The notes beneath the pieces were generated by a model, which was given only the letters and a program-made list of their open reading frames with translations, was not told the origin of the DNA and made no database searches. From Candidatus Cloacimonadales bacterium (GTDB taxonomy: Bacteria > Cloacimonadota > Cloacimonadia > Cloacimonadales > JAFGVF01), in assembly GCA_963667035.1 (NCBI GenBank), contig OY762964.1, positions 1,856,001-1,920,000 of the forward strand: a stretch of DNA of 64,000 bases, read 5' to 3'. Each line of letters starts with the position of its first letter. Position 1 is the stretch's first letter. Shown here piece by piece: positions 51,801-60,940 of this stretch. The translations under genes and the position numbers were made by a program.

Positions 51801-53800
51801 TTACATTCCATCCTACAGAGGTTGGTACATTCAGAAACTATCCTATCCCCGGAACAATGTCACCACAACCTGTGATTGCTCCATTCTGGGATGATATGTT
51901 CTATACAGGAAACCAAGGTGTTTTCCACTACTACGATACTACAAACCACTACTTCATCATTGAATGGTGGGGAACCAACGGTTTCAACCCAAATTATGAT
52001 GAAAGATTCCAAGTAATTCTTTATGACCCTGCGTACTATCCAACATCTACCGGTGATGGTATGGTTAAAATCCAATACCACACACATAACGATGTAGATA
52101 CAGGTGACACTTCAGCATATCCTCCATTGGCAGGACAATACTCAACTGTTGGCTTCTGTAACTATGATGCAACTGACGGTTTACAGTATGTATTTGATCA
52201 GGATTATATTGCTACAGGTCAACCTATTTCTAATGGTACAGCTCTTTTGATTACAGGTGAGCCTTATGTTAACGTAGCTCCAAGTTTAGCTTTAGAAAGC
52301 TTAACTATTGATGAAGCTAACGAAAACGGTTATGTTGAACCTGGAGAATCAATAAATATCTTTGCAAGTATCACAAACTCAGGTATCGAAGAAGCTGAGA
52401 ATGTAGTAGCTGTAATTAGTTCTACAGATGCTAACATAGGCTTTGTAGTAGATACAATAACTTATGAATCAGTACCCGGTAGTGATGGTATTGCTGTAAA
52501 CAGTTCACCTTTCACAGCTATGATTTCTCCTTCAGCAACCGAAGGATATGAAATCCCTGTTACTATTGATCTTGCAACTCAAAACAACTCTTGGCAGGTA
52601 AACGGAGTTATTACCGTTTCATCTCCTCAGATTAGTTTTTCAAGTGCAATGATTTGTGATTATGAAGCCGGTAATAGTAATGGTATTGCTGATCAGAATG
52701 AGAACGTATCGCTTGTACTTAATCTTCATAATCCTAGTCTTGCAGATATCGAAAACGTTCAGGTAAGTGTTACAACAGAAAATCCTAACGTTGCAGTTAA
52801 CGGAGAAACAACTTTAGCTGCCATTCCTGCTGAAGGTAGCATTCAAGCAGTTTGGCAACTCAACATTCTCAGTGCTGTTTCAACCGGAACAATTGTTATT
52901 TTCAATGTTGAAGTTCAATCAAACTCTTCATTGACTACTAACGAAACTGTTCAGCTAACAGTTGGACAAGCTAGTCTTCCTGCTTGTGGTGTAATTACAG
53001 GTACAGTCAGCGTTGATTCAGGTGATGTAGCTCTTGAAGATATCTTTGTATCTGCAGGCGACTATGGTCGCTTTGCTGTTGCAGACGGTGAATTCAGAGT
53101 TTATCCTCCGGTTGGAATGTATGATGTTGTAGCTTCTCTTGAATACTATGCTTCTGACGTTGCAACAGAAATTCCTATTACTAATAGCAATCATGTAGTT
53201 ACCGATATAGAATTAGAGCTTGAATATCTTGCTCCTGCAACAGGTTTAGACGGTTCTTTCAATGAAAGAGAATTTACTCTTACTTGGACTGCTCCTACTA
53301 CTTCACTTGTTATAGACAACTATTCAGTATATCGAAAGATTAATGATGATGATTATGAAATGATCGATACCTCTGAAACTGAAGAATATCTTGATGACAT
53401 CTCTGATAATGATGGATTATATTTCTACTATGTAGTAGTTAATTATACTGATGGAAATAGTGAAAACTCAACCGTGTATTCATTCGATACTTCTACAGGT
53501 GCCGGAGACTTAGTAACTCCAAACGTTACAGCATTGTATGGCAACTATCCAAACCCATTCAATCCTGAAACAAACATTTCATTCTCACTAGCTAAAGACC
53601 AGAATGTTAAGATTTCTATCTACAACATCCGTGGTCAGTTAGTAAGAAACCTTACAAACGAAGTACACAAAGCCGGTAGAAATACTATCGTCTGGGATGG
53701 AACTGATAATTACAACAGAGGTTGTGCATCAGGTCTTTACATGTATCGCTTCGAGACTAAGGGTATTAGCACAGTTAAGAAAGCAATGCTTCTTAAATAA
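48854..53800 (+). CDS. C25 (gingipain-like) peptidase family protein with propeptide, Ig-like domains and FlgD/T9SS-like CTD
   Basis: G.PELP propeptide; WKKQKG, LVGD, SDYPY, IGRM, TCGTG and NLMGDP; GPDAFGH module; NYPNPFNP CTD. Start MKKDP behind GAGG. Confidence 0.88.
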   Translation: MKKDPLLLLLAVLLFVTLPLMASNDIEASTVKNFEVLESTGNSTIIQFNLPKFQVETQKLNGMTFNKIETECDGYVPELGKPELPLYSTMVAIPYSGSVSLEVVNKSSYQIDNFTAVPAQDYTVENEMERSFAINEEFYNSDVQYPEVAESISDPMIVRDFRVVALTFSPFTYNPATRSLTVNENITYKLSYDSAPSVNEMEAPIMYSPSFKPLYRSMIVNYDLVVDRSIPTDNMRLLIIYGAGGDATFNAKLDEFVKWKKQKGYKVTTQSTSVIGTTTDDIHAYIQSKYNNIYTRPEYITLVGDVNGAFNISCYTVHGGSSDYPYTYLAGEDIMGDVFIGRMPIENVDDFLTMANKVFYFERDTVPVPPTWYNHMLLVGYTNSAGQSSMYVNKFMKDSGLRVNPDYTFTEIYGTPTATAMQQTLNQGAAFFMYRGWVGMNGWDYPSENEFTNGNRMTHCIINTCGTGNFNGTDATDSIVRYGSPAAPKGAITAIGMATSSTHTLMNNVLSSQTVNGIFSLGYRNMSAPLLSSKILLYMVYHDFMIDYAEKFPGWCNLMGDPTVEVFISPPDHIDADYPMEVFPGQTCYPVTVKDDNGDPIVGAIVTIVNDDMHLILETDVNGNAVFELPDDLTENTTFTVTVSQHDYVPEFDNITVHADDGIHIASYEILDADNGNNDGTPDASETFFVNITLTNPGATAINAANVEISSEDPYINILQNTSAFGTIASGASVSNATPYEMHVYGSCPEQYMASIKLQVVGEPYETYLGLDIRNGNIDVDSYTIYDNNGILEPGETAWMSLSLINNGEHTIAGLHAELSSTSNLVYFDDNQAYYGYAIPGTVITNITDGLYVTARNQLLTGTDIVIDLHLYNDDGYDEWDKLYISTGSQNIGHPSGPDAFGHYIYHMDDTDWADAPTYNWIEIIPSQGGNGTEFTGHSDTGTDDGDGDITMSDTIDNTDLPFTFTWYGVDYDEVYICTNGFFTFHPTEVGTFRNYPIPGTMSPQPVIAPFWDDMFYTGNQGVFHYYDTTNHYFIIEWWGTNGFNPNYDERFQVILYDPAYYPTSTGDGMVKIQYHTHNDVDTGDTSAYPPLAGQYSTVGFCNYDATDGLQYVFDQDYIATGQPISNGTALLITGEPYVNVAPSLALESLTIDEANENGYVEPGESINIFASITNSGIEEAENVVAVISSTDANIGFVVDTITYESVPGSDGIAVNSSPFTAMISPSATEGYEIPVTIDLATQNNSWQVNGVITVSSPQISFSSAMICDYEAGNSNGIADQNENVSLVLNLHNPSLADIENVQVSVTTENPNVAVNGETTLAAIPAEGSIQAVWQLNILSAVSTGTIVIFNVEVQSNSSLTTNETVQLTVGQASLPACGVITGTVSVDSGDVALEDIFVSAGDYGRFAVADGEFRVYPPVGMYDVVASLEYYASDVATEIPITNSNHVVTDIELELEYLAPATGLDGSFNEREFTLTWTAPTTSLVIDNYSVYRKINDDDYEMIDTSETEEYLDDISDNDGLYFYYVVVNYTDGNSENSTVYSFDTSTGAGDLVTPNVTALYGNYPNPFNPETNISFSLAKDQNVKISIYNIRGQLVRNLTNEVHKAGRNTIVWDGTDNYNRGCASGLYMYRFETKGISTVKKAMLLK

Positions 53801-53817
53801 ATAAGTCAATCTATAAT

Positions 53818-53850
53818 AAAAGAGGTTATCGTTTATTGATAACCTCTTTT
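53818..53850. terminator. Bidirectional intrinsic terminator
   Basis: AAAAGAGGTTATC-GTTTATT-GATAACCTCTTTT. Confidence 0.85.
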
Positions 53851-53866
53851 CTATTAATCTAAAAAA

Positions 53867-54871
53867 CTATACTTCCGTAACTATTCCCCGCTTCCGTAAC
53901 TCTCTGATTGTTGTCTTTGTTATATCGCTCTTTAGTTTATACTCTGCTCTAATATCATAGACATAAGCTTTAACCTTCATGTGAATCATTGACTTGTCTT
54001 CAAACATCTTATTAGAGAATACAACCCCGATAGGTTTCTTCAAGTAAACATATCTAGATACGGCAGCAGCTTTGTAACCTATCTCATAAGCTTGCTCCAA
54101 ATCGGTATCAACTGGTAAGTATATATCTGACACAACCTGACAGTTGTTTTCACCAAAGTTAGCATTAGAAACCATTTTATTTGTTACTTCACTATTGGGA
54201 ACAGAGACAACACTATCATCGGGAGTTACAATTCTTATACTTCTCAATCCGATACTGATTACTTCCCCGTAATAACCGCCAACTTCTATTTTGTCTCCAA
54301 CTTGGAAAGGTCTGTCGAACAAAATCATTATCCCACTAAAGATATTTTTAAGTATATCTTGAGAAGCAAATCCGACAGCTACTCCGGCAGAAGTAACAAC
54401 AGCAAAAAGCGTTTCAACAGGAGGGGCAATTACAATCTGTACTACAAAGTAAATAGCAAAAGTCCAGCTTCCAATCCTAAATATTGGAATAATCCTTTTT
54501 ATGATTAAGCGCCAGTTATCCTTTTTTTCAGATACTGTATTCAAAATATTACTAATAAACTTAATAACAACTCCTACGATTAGGAGTAATATTATTGAAG
54601 TGAGAATTTTTCCGAATGACAATCTGAATGCATCTTTGGCTTTGGGAGTGGAGTTTGACTTAATCTTCTTAATACCCAAATTGTCCATTGTCCTATCAAA
54701 CATACTCACTTTCACCTGATTATTTACCGAATCTGCTTCAGTTACAAAAATAGAAGTAGTGTCAATAGTAGCTTTAGGCAACACGGGTGCAATATGCAAA
54801 GAATCTTCAAAAGCAAAAACCAATGTGGAAACCAATAGGATTAATAATAGTGATAAACGTTTCATATTCAC
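53867..54871 (-). CDS. MscS family mechanosensitive channel
   Basis: AVGFASQDILKNIFSG...RPFQVGD.I...GEV..IGLRS...VPNS. Confidence 0.9.
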   Translation of the reverse strand: MNMKRLSLLLILLVSTLVFAFEDSLHIAPVLPKATIDTTSIFVTEADSVNNQVKVSMFDRTMDNLGIKKIKSNSTPKAKDAFRLSFGKILTSIILLLIVGVVIKFISNILNTVSEKKDNWRLIIKRIIPIFRIGSWTFAIYFVVQIVIAPPVETLFAVVTSAGVAVGFASQDILKNIFSGIMILFDRPFQVGDKIEVGGYYGEVISIGLRSIRIVTPDDSVVSVPNSEVTNKMVSNANFGENNCQVVSDIYLPVDTDLEQAYEIGYKAAAVSRYVYLKKPIGVVFSNKMFEDKSMIHMKVKAYVYDIRAEYKLKSDITKTTIRELRKRGIVTEV

Positions 54872-54872
54872 C

Positions 54873-57800
54873 TCACATCAACAGATTCTTTGTCGTTAAT
54901 ATCTGCACAACAGGTCGAAACAGATAAGGATGTATTTTAAAATGTCCGTCTTCATCGACAATTATACTCTTATCACAAAGACTATTGATAATCAAAGTAG
55001 CAGTCTCTATCTTCATATTGAATATTGTAGCCGTCTGTTTTATAGTTAGCACTCCGTGTTGAAGTAAAGCGGTAAGTACAAACAGACTTTCTTCGGAAAG
55101 AGCATTAAGAAAAGCAGAATCAACTTTCACTCCTGAACTGACAATGAGATAGTCTTTTTCTACCTTTTGGATTGCCTGTAAAGACAGTTGCATAGCAACC
55201 ATAAGATTACCTCCGGACGCAGCGGCTAGACGAGTAAAGAATTTCTGTTCCAGATAGTTTTGTTTCTCTTTAGAGCTCTTACATTTCTTATATGCCTTAG
55301 AGTTGACATCGTCTTCCGAAGGAGTATAGATTACCTGATATCCACTAATCCTCTGCCTTTTTGTTATCACATTCTTAATCTCTTCAACATTCAAATTACC
55401 TAAATCAATTACTTTAGTAAAATGAGGTTTCACATTTGATACTACTTGAAGATAATCCCAGCTATATTTGTTTCCGGTAACAATCCAGAAAACATTCTTT
55501 TGCGTTCTATTCATTAGTAAGATAAAGTCATTTAGCAGTTTAAAACCATCGACTGTACGAAGGTAAAGATTATTAAAATTCTCACAGATTAGTACTATTT
55601 TCTGTTCAAGTTTCAGCAATTGGTTAGCAAGTTCACTCAAATTGCTTATGTTCTCCAATTCAAATGCTTTTGTCAGTACCTCTGTTAATTCTACTTCGCT
55701 TAGAATAGTTCTATCTATAGTAACACTAACAACCTTTTCTTTCTTGAAGACCATATTCCTCATGAAGTTCAGGAGACTTGTCTTCCCGCTACCTGTCTCT
55801 CCGTAAACCATAACTTTAGCAGGATGAGAGTTCTTGAAGTTATTGTACTGATTATTGATTGCTTCAATTTCTTTCTTTCTCATCACAAACAATCTGTTAT
55901 CAGTAACAGGATTATTTTCATACAGCTTTTGGAATATGTAAGGTAATTTCTCAAATAGTAGTTCACTTTCTCTCAGAAGATGTGCTATATGTTCATGCAC
56001 ATCTTCCGAAGCCGTTTCTATTCCCGCCATTTCTTTAATCTTATGATAGCGTCCCATTAGCAGAGAAAGTATATTAAATATGAAATCCCACACTATCTTA
56101 ATATATTTTTTCACAAAACTTAATCCTGAGAACAACACTTTACGGTACTGTTCTCTAGCCATAGCCTTTGTAATTCTGCTTCTGATACTACTAACTGTTG
56201 CAGGATCCAAGAATGATGTAAGACTTGTTCCACTCACCAGTGCTAGTTTCTTAATATTCTCGGTCACTTCCTCAACCAACTGCCTATCGTTCTTTTCCGA
56301 TTCGTTGAGTAAGGCAATAACACGATTTATTGCTTCTACAATCATATTAATGGCTTTCTGATGTTCTTCATGATTCTCATGCTTTTGAAGATGTTCAATA
56401 GCAAGTTCAGAGTTAAATACCAGTATGTTATCGAATTCTGAGATATTCCTTATTGTCTTATTCTGTTTACTGCTGATTCTGGTTTTAATACTTTCTACAT
56501 CCTTGGACAAATCCTGTAGTATCTCTTCTTTGATTATCTTTTTCAAGGCAAAGCTGGCAGTAACCGAATTAGGAATTTCCTGAGTTAAATCCAATTGCAA
56601 AAGAATCGAGTAATCTTCAGGAAGTGCTTCAATGCTTTTATTTAAATCTTCCCAAAAGCTTTGGACTGTCACCAATAAATCATTGTGTATTAACTGTTGA
56701 AGAGCTTCCGTAATCAATTCTTCTCTGAATCTTTTTCTAAACAACTCGGTCTTACGTGTAAGCTCCTTATCTGTTATTGATAAATCCTTGAACTGGTCAA
56801 CTTCATAAGAAAACCTTTCAATAGCTTCACGCAATGCTGAATACTTCTTTAGTGCATTGTTCTCAAATCGATTGTTTATATTATCAAGAATTCGATTCTT
56901 ACTCTTTCTTAAAACAGCTACAGTTTGACTCATATCCAAGTCTTTAAGCCACTCTCCCCTCTCTCCCGTAAAAATCTGTTCCCATTTCAGGAGGGTATTA
57001 CTGATAATCCGTTCTTGATTCTTTATCCTCAGATGCTTAATCCTGCCGATGTATAGTTTCGTTGGCAAAAGGAAAGTCCCTGCATTCATAAAAGCAATCT
57101 CGAGTATTTCATTGATTCCCGGTGACACTTGCTCAACAGTATCTCTAACTCTTTGCTCAGTAGTTTTGAATAATTCCAGCTTTTCAAGGAATTCCTTTTT
57201 CTTCTCTGCTAATACATCATTTAGAGCTATTAGCTTATCTGCATTCTCTTCATCATCTTTAAGTCTGAAACATCTTACTGTCAGATTCATAATCTCATGG
57301 TTCAGATGAATTAGATATGCATAATTACGAAATATTTCGGGGATTGTTTCAATAAGCATGTTTTTAACGGGAAGGTATAGATAAAAATGTAACAGGTCAT
57401 GTTGGTCAAAAGAACGAACTTTGTTAACTTTAGCCATTATCTGCTCTTCCGACCAACTTCTGTTACGAAGTTTACATACACCCTTCCTAATCTTCCAAAG
57501 CATTCTCTGATTGGATTTCCAGATTATTATTTTGTATCTGTCCGATTCGCTTCTTTTGTAAAAATCATAAGGTAACGAGTACTCGGCAAACTGTGGAATC
57601 TTTGCTAACATTTCTTCATAGTAAGTCTGCCACACTCCGAGAATCTTATCTTCTCTAATTGACTCGGAAAACCTGAAACTATTCTTGATTAATCTACTGT
57701 TCAACCCTAGTAATCTTTCCAGATCTTCCAGTCCTATCTTCGCACTATCGGAAGGATATGTCCTAAAGAGTCTTTCTAATTCCGTTACATCCCTTTGAAA

Positions 57801-57881
57801 AAACTCCAGCCATACTCCAACCTGATTAATAATACCCCTTTCACTTTTTGAAAGCAGTTCTTTAATTTGATTAGGATTCAT
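54873..57881 (-). CDS. Large helical protein with C-terminal P-loop ATPase domain
   Basis: Walker A GETGSGKT; degenerate Walker B VLICEN; SGGN..A motif and winged-helix-like tail. Confidence 0.7.
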   Translation of the reverse strand: MNPNQIKELLSKSERGIINQVGVWLEFFQRDVTELERLFRTYPSDSAKIGLEDLERLLGLNSRLIKNSFRFSESIREDKILGVWQTYYEEMLAKIPQFAEYSLPYDFYKRSESDRYKIIIWKSNQRMLWKIRKGVCKLRNRSWSEEQIMAKVNKVRSFDQHDLLHFYLYLPVKNMLIETIPEIFRNYAYLIHLNHEIMNLTVRCFRLKDDEENADKLIALNDVLAEKKKEFLEKLELFKTTEQRVRDTVEQVSPGINEILEIAFMNAGTFLLPTKLYIGRIKHLRIKNQERIISNTLLKWEQIFTGERGEWLKDLDMSQTVAVLRKSKNRILDNINNRFENNALKKYSALREAIERFSYEVDQFKDLSITDKELTRKTELFRKRFREELITEALQQLIHNDLLVTVQSFWEDLNKSIEALPEDYSILLQLDLTQEIPNSVTASFALKKIIKEEILQDLSKDVESIKTRISSKQNKTIRNISEFDNILVFNSELAIEHLQKHENHEEHQKAINMIVEAINRVIALLNESEKNDRQLVEEVTENIKKLALVSGTSLTSFLDPATVSSIRSRITKAMAREQYRKVLFSGLSFVKKYIKIVWDFIFNILSLLMGRYHKIKEMAGIETASEDVHEHIAHLLRESELLFEKLPYIFQKLYENNPVTDNRLFVMRKKEIEAINNQYNNFKNSHPAKVMVYGETGSGKTSLLNFMRNMVFKKEKVVSVTIDRTILSEVELTEVLTKAFELENISNLSELANQLLKLEQKIVLICENFNNLYLRTVDGFKLLNDFILLMNRTQKNVFWIVTGNKYSWDYLQVVSNVKPHFTKVIDLGNLNVEEIKNVITKRQRISGYQVIYTPSEDDVNSKAYKKCKSSKEKQNYLEQKFFTRLAAASGGNLMVAMQLSLQAIQKVEKDYLIVSSGVKVDSAFLNALSEESLFVLTALLQHGVLTIKQTATIFNMKIETATLIINSLCDKSIIVDEDGHFKIHPYLFRPVVQILTTKNLLM

Positions 57882-58044
57882 AATCAGCCATCTCTTTGTT
57901 AAACTTTCAGATAATATACATTAGTTGGTGTAAAATGTCACGTAAAATATTGAATCAATCTAATATTCTTCTGATTCACGGATTTTTCTCAACTTGAAAT
58001 TCTGTGATTGTTTACACTAATCCCTTTACCAAAGCCTTAATTTC

Positions 58045-58139
58045 CCACTGTGTCTCCACTGTGCACGCACTGTGAACCCAGTGAAACAATGCGTTGGCAG
58101 TGCCTTCATAGTGGGTGCACAGTGCAAACACAGTGCGTT
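58045..58139. repeat. 11-bp-period array with inverted halves
   Basis: CACTGTG three times at 11-bp spacing, then five CA(C)AGTG-like units at 11-bp spacing. Confidence 0.7.
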
Positions 58140-58213
58140 GCTTAAACTTGACATCAAAGAGCCTGAAAGGGACATTAAATATGCGTAACTTACTGCAAAT
58201 TGCACTGTAAAGC

Positions 58214-60400
58214 TTATTTAAGTAGCATCATCTTCTTGGTTATCGTATTCCTTTCTGTCTTCAAACTATAGAAATACACTCCGGAAGATAAAGCGCTATT
58301 ATTATCATCTTTTCCATCCCATACCACCGAGTGTGCTCCCGCTCCCAATCTATCCTGCACTAAATTAACGACTTTCTGACCTCTTATATTGTATATATCA
58401 ATACTCACATTCGTTTCTTTATCAATACTAAAATTGATCTGCGTAGTAGGATTAAAGGGGTTGGGATAGTTACCCTGTAGCTCTGTAACATGACTATTTA
58501 CTACAATATCCTCATCGATTGAAGCAGGTTCGTCTGAAACACCATTCAATGGTACGGGGAGCACTCTATCATCATTATAAGTTACTATGATGTTCGCATT
58601 ATGATTTTCTACCGATGACGGAGTAAACTGAGCCTTGATTTCAATATTCTGATAAGTCTCTAACTCTACAGGTAGTACAGTATCGTTAAGTAATGAGAAA
58701 TTCAAGTTATCGGAAAGTGCAATTGATTGGATCAAAACACCGTTAACCCCTCTATTTTCTAAAAGAAAACTGACTGTATCTGAAACGGTATGAGCATGAA
58801 TCTCATCAAAATAGTATAATCCTGGAATAGACACTAAACTTGTACTATCAGCAAAATCAGAATAGTAGAATCTGGTATTGGGAATAAGATAGAGTCTCTC
58901 TCTAGCTTCCGGTAAGGCATTAGTGTCAATCTGGTTTGTATAGTTATATGTCACTAAGCTTCTTTTACTACTTACAGCTGAACTATAAAAACTTGTATTT
59001 ATTTTATCGTTGTTATACTGATTCTCATTTACTGCTATTACCAAGTTGTCGATACCATTCTGAATGAAAGGTGTATCCAGGTCAAAAATGTACCACCCGT
59101 CCTTATTGATTTCAGGTAAAGGACCTGAATATACTTCTGTAAGTTGAGAGTTGGGAACCCAGTCATTAAGATTTGAGAAAGAGCTGTTTGCTGTATGCCC
59201 CATATATATAGTCCAATCGTTGCTGTTTACTAAATCAAATTCCTCCGTGTAACAGTAGCCAAGCTTTGATATTTCATTTCCGTAACCAAATTCATCCTGT
59301 AAATAAATTGATTGAGAGTAAGAGTATCCTGCATAAGGATATATGGGAAGCATCTCTGTTTCTCTTCCTTCTCCAACGCTAACTGTATTCATCCCTATCC
59401 TGGTATGAAAACAGAATGTATCTTCGGATGTCATTGTAGAGTTTCGTGAAACAACTTTCCAGAAATATAATGTATCGTAATCAAGTTCGGATGGTATATA
59501 TGTCCCTATTTCTAGAGCTGTTGCATTATTAACAACTCTGTTAAGAGGTGGATTGGTAGTATCAAAGTAAAGATCATAATACTCAGTGTTAGCATCGAAC
59601 TCCCAAGTGAGTACAGGTTGAATAGAGATGTTTTCCGAGCCGATTGATGGTGCCGTATTACTAATATGGAGATTAGATCCGTAATCTGTTGTAAACTCTA
59701 TAACCGAGGACTGGGTAAGACCGACACCATTTTGGATAAGACATCTATATGTTGTAGAAGGGATTAACTCGTAAGGAGGAGTGAACATACCATAGGTTCC
59801 CGCAGGCTCATTGATAACATATTCTACCATGTCGTTCAGGTTTGTACCAAAACTAACACTATAAGTATCAACTTTGCTTCCAAAATCCCATGTTATTGTT
59901 GGTGCCAAGGAAATAGAGGTGCTATTATCAAGTGGAATGCTCGTACTTATACGTTGAGGAATGTACGGATAATATGAGCCATTCATTCCATCAAAATAGG
60001 CTACACGATATTCACCGGTTATATTCCCGGCACTCTCAATGCAGATATAATATGTTGAATATGGTGAGAGATTCACATCATCTATAGTCACCACAGTGCT
60101 TGTTCCACTACCACTATCAGAGTACAAAACAGATAATGATTCATCTAGTATATATGCAAATGGATTAAAGCTTATTCCATACACCATAACAGAATGATTT
60201 GAAGCATAATCAGATGTTGTAAAACGATAGAACACATCATTTGAAGAGTTTCCGAATGTATCTGTCATGATTGATGTATCCCCTGCATCTATCATAGGAT
60301 AGCTTGTAAATTCAACTGCTGTTTCAAAGGTGTCTCCCCCAATGCAATAAATAAAAGAAATAGAGAGTAATAAAATAATCGATAAACAAACCTTTAACAT
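58214..60400 (-). CDS. Secreted Ig/FN3-like multidomain protein with FlgD/T9SS-like CTD
   Basis: Signal peptide; two P.LTW...Y..YF units; LPIYPY.GYSYSQSIY module; NYPNPFNP CTD. Confidence 0.78.
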   Translation of the reverse strand: MLKVCLSIILLLSISFIYCIGGDTFETAVEFTSYPMIDAGDTSIMTDTFGNSSNDVFYRFTTSDYASNHSVMVYGISFNPFAYILDESLSVLYSDSGSGTSTVVTIDDVNLSPYSTYYICIESAGNITGEYRVAYFDGMNGSYYPYIPQRISTSIPLDNSTSISLAPTITWDFGSKVDTYSVSFGTNLNDMVEYVINEPAGTYGMFTPPYELIPSTTYRCLIQNGVGLTQSSVIEFTTDYGSNLHISNTAPSIGSENISIQPVLTWEFDANTEYYDLYFDTTNPPLNRVVNNATALEIGTYIPSELDYDTLYFWKVVSRNSTMTSEDTFCFHTRIGMNTVSVGEGRETEMLPIYPYAGYSYSQSIYLQDEFGYGNEISKLGYCYTEEFDLVNSNDWTIYMGHTANSSFSNLNDWVPNSQLTEVYSGPLPEINKDGWYIFDLDTPFIQNGIDNLVIAVNENQYNNDKINTSFYSSAVSSKRSLVTYNYTNQIDTNALPEARERLYLIPNTRFYYSDFADSTSLVSIPGLYYFDEIHAHTVSDTVSFLLENRGVNGVLIQSIALSDNLNFSLLNDTVLPVELETYQNIEIKAQFTPSSVENHNANIIVTYNDDRVLPVPLNGVSDEPASIDEDIVVNSHVTELQGNYPNPFNPTTQINFSIDKETNVSIDIYNIRGQKVVNLVQDRLGAGAHSVVWDGKDDNNSALSSGVYFYSLKTERNTITKKMMLLK

Positions 60401-60611
60401 GTATCCTCCTTATTTTACACATATCAAAGTCTCGTGCCCTAATGTTATTTAACTCATTGCAATTATAATTGTCAAACAATTTACTGTATAAACTCTTCGT
60501 ATATATATTGTATGATTCCACATATTAAAGCATCGGATATCAGTGTTTTAAAACCCGTGATATGAATAGCTAAAACATTGCATAATGATACATTGATGCC
60601 ATCATTTAACG

Positions 60612-60828
60612 TATTGAACCCCGTTGGGGTTCTTGTCATTTGCGTGTAATCTAACCCCGAATTGCATTCGGGGCTAGTCACATTTAATCCTTTCAGGATT
60701 AGCTTTGGTAGAGATAATCCTGAAAGGATTAAATGTGAGTAGCCATGTATGAAATGCATGGTATAAATCAAAGGATGAATCTATTCAACCCCAACGGGGT
60801 TTAATCCATTTAATTGTTGAGAAACAAT
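60612..60828. repeat. Inverted REP doublet (REPIN-like)
   Basis: Left unit 60612-60701 is an inverted copy of right unit 60715-60805; each unit carries three small hairpins. Confidence 0.85.
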
Positions 60829-60940
60829 ATTACATACTCTCTAAATGATAATGAATAATGAAATGACTCCTCATATGTAAAAATTCATATTGACATCCTA
60901 ATCATGAGATTAAATAAATTAAATCACATGGAGGTGCATT

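Noticed and set aside
60324..60771. 65-aa and 96-aa minus-strand ORFs
   Set aside because: They run through the REP doublet and a promoter region; no protein-like features.
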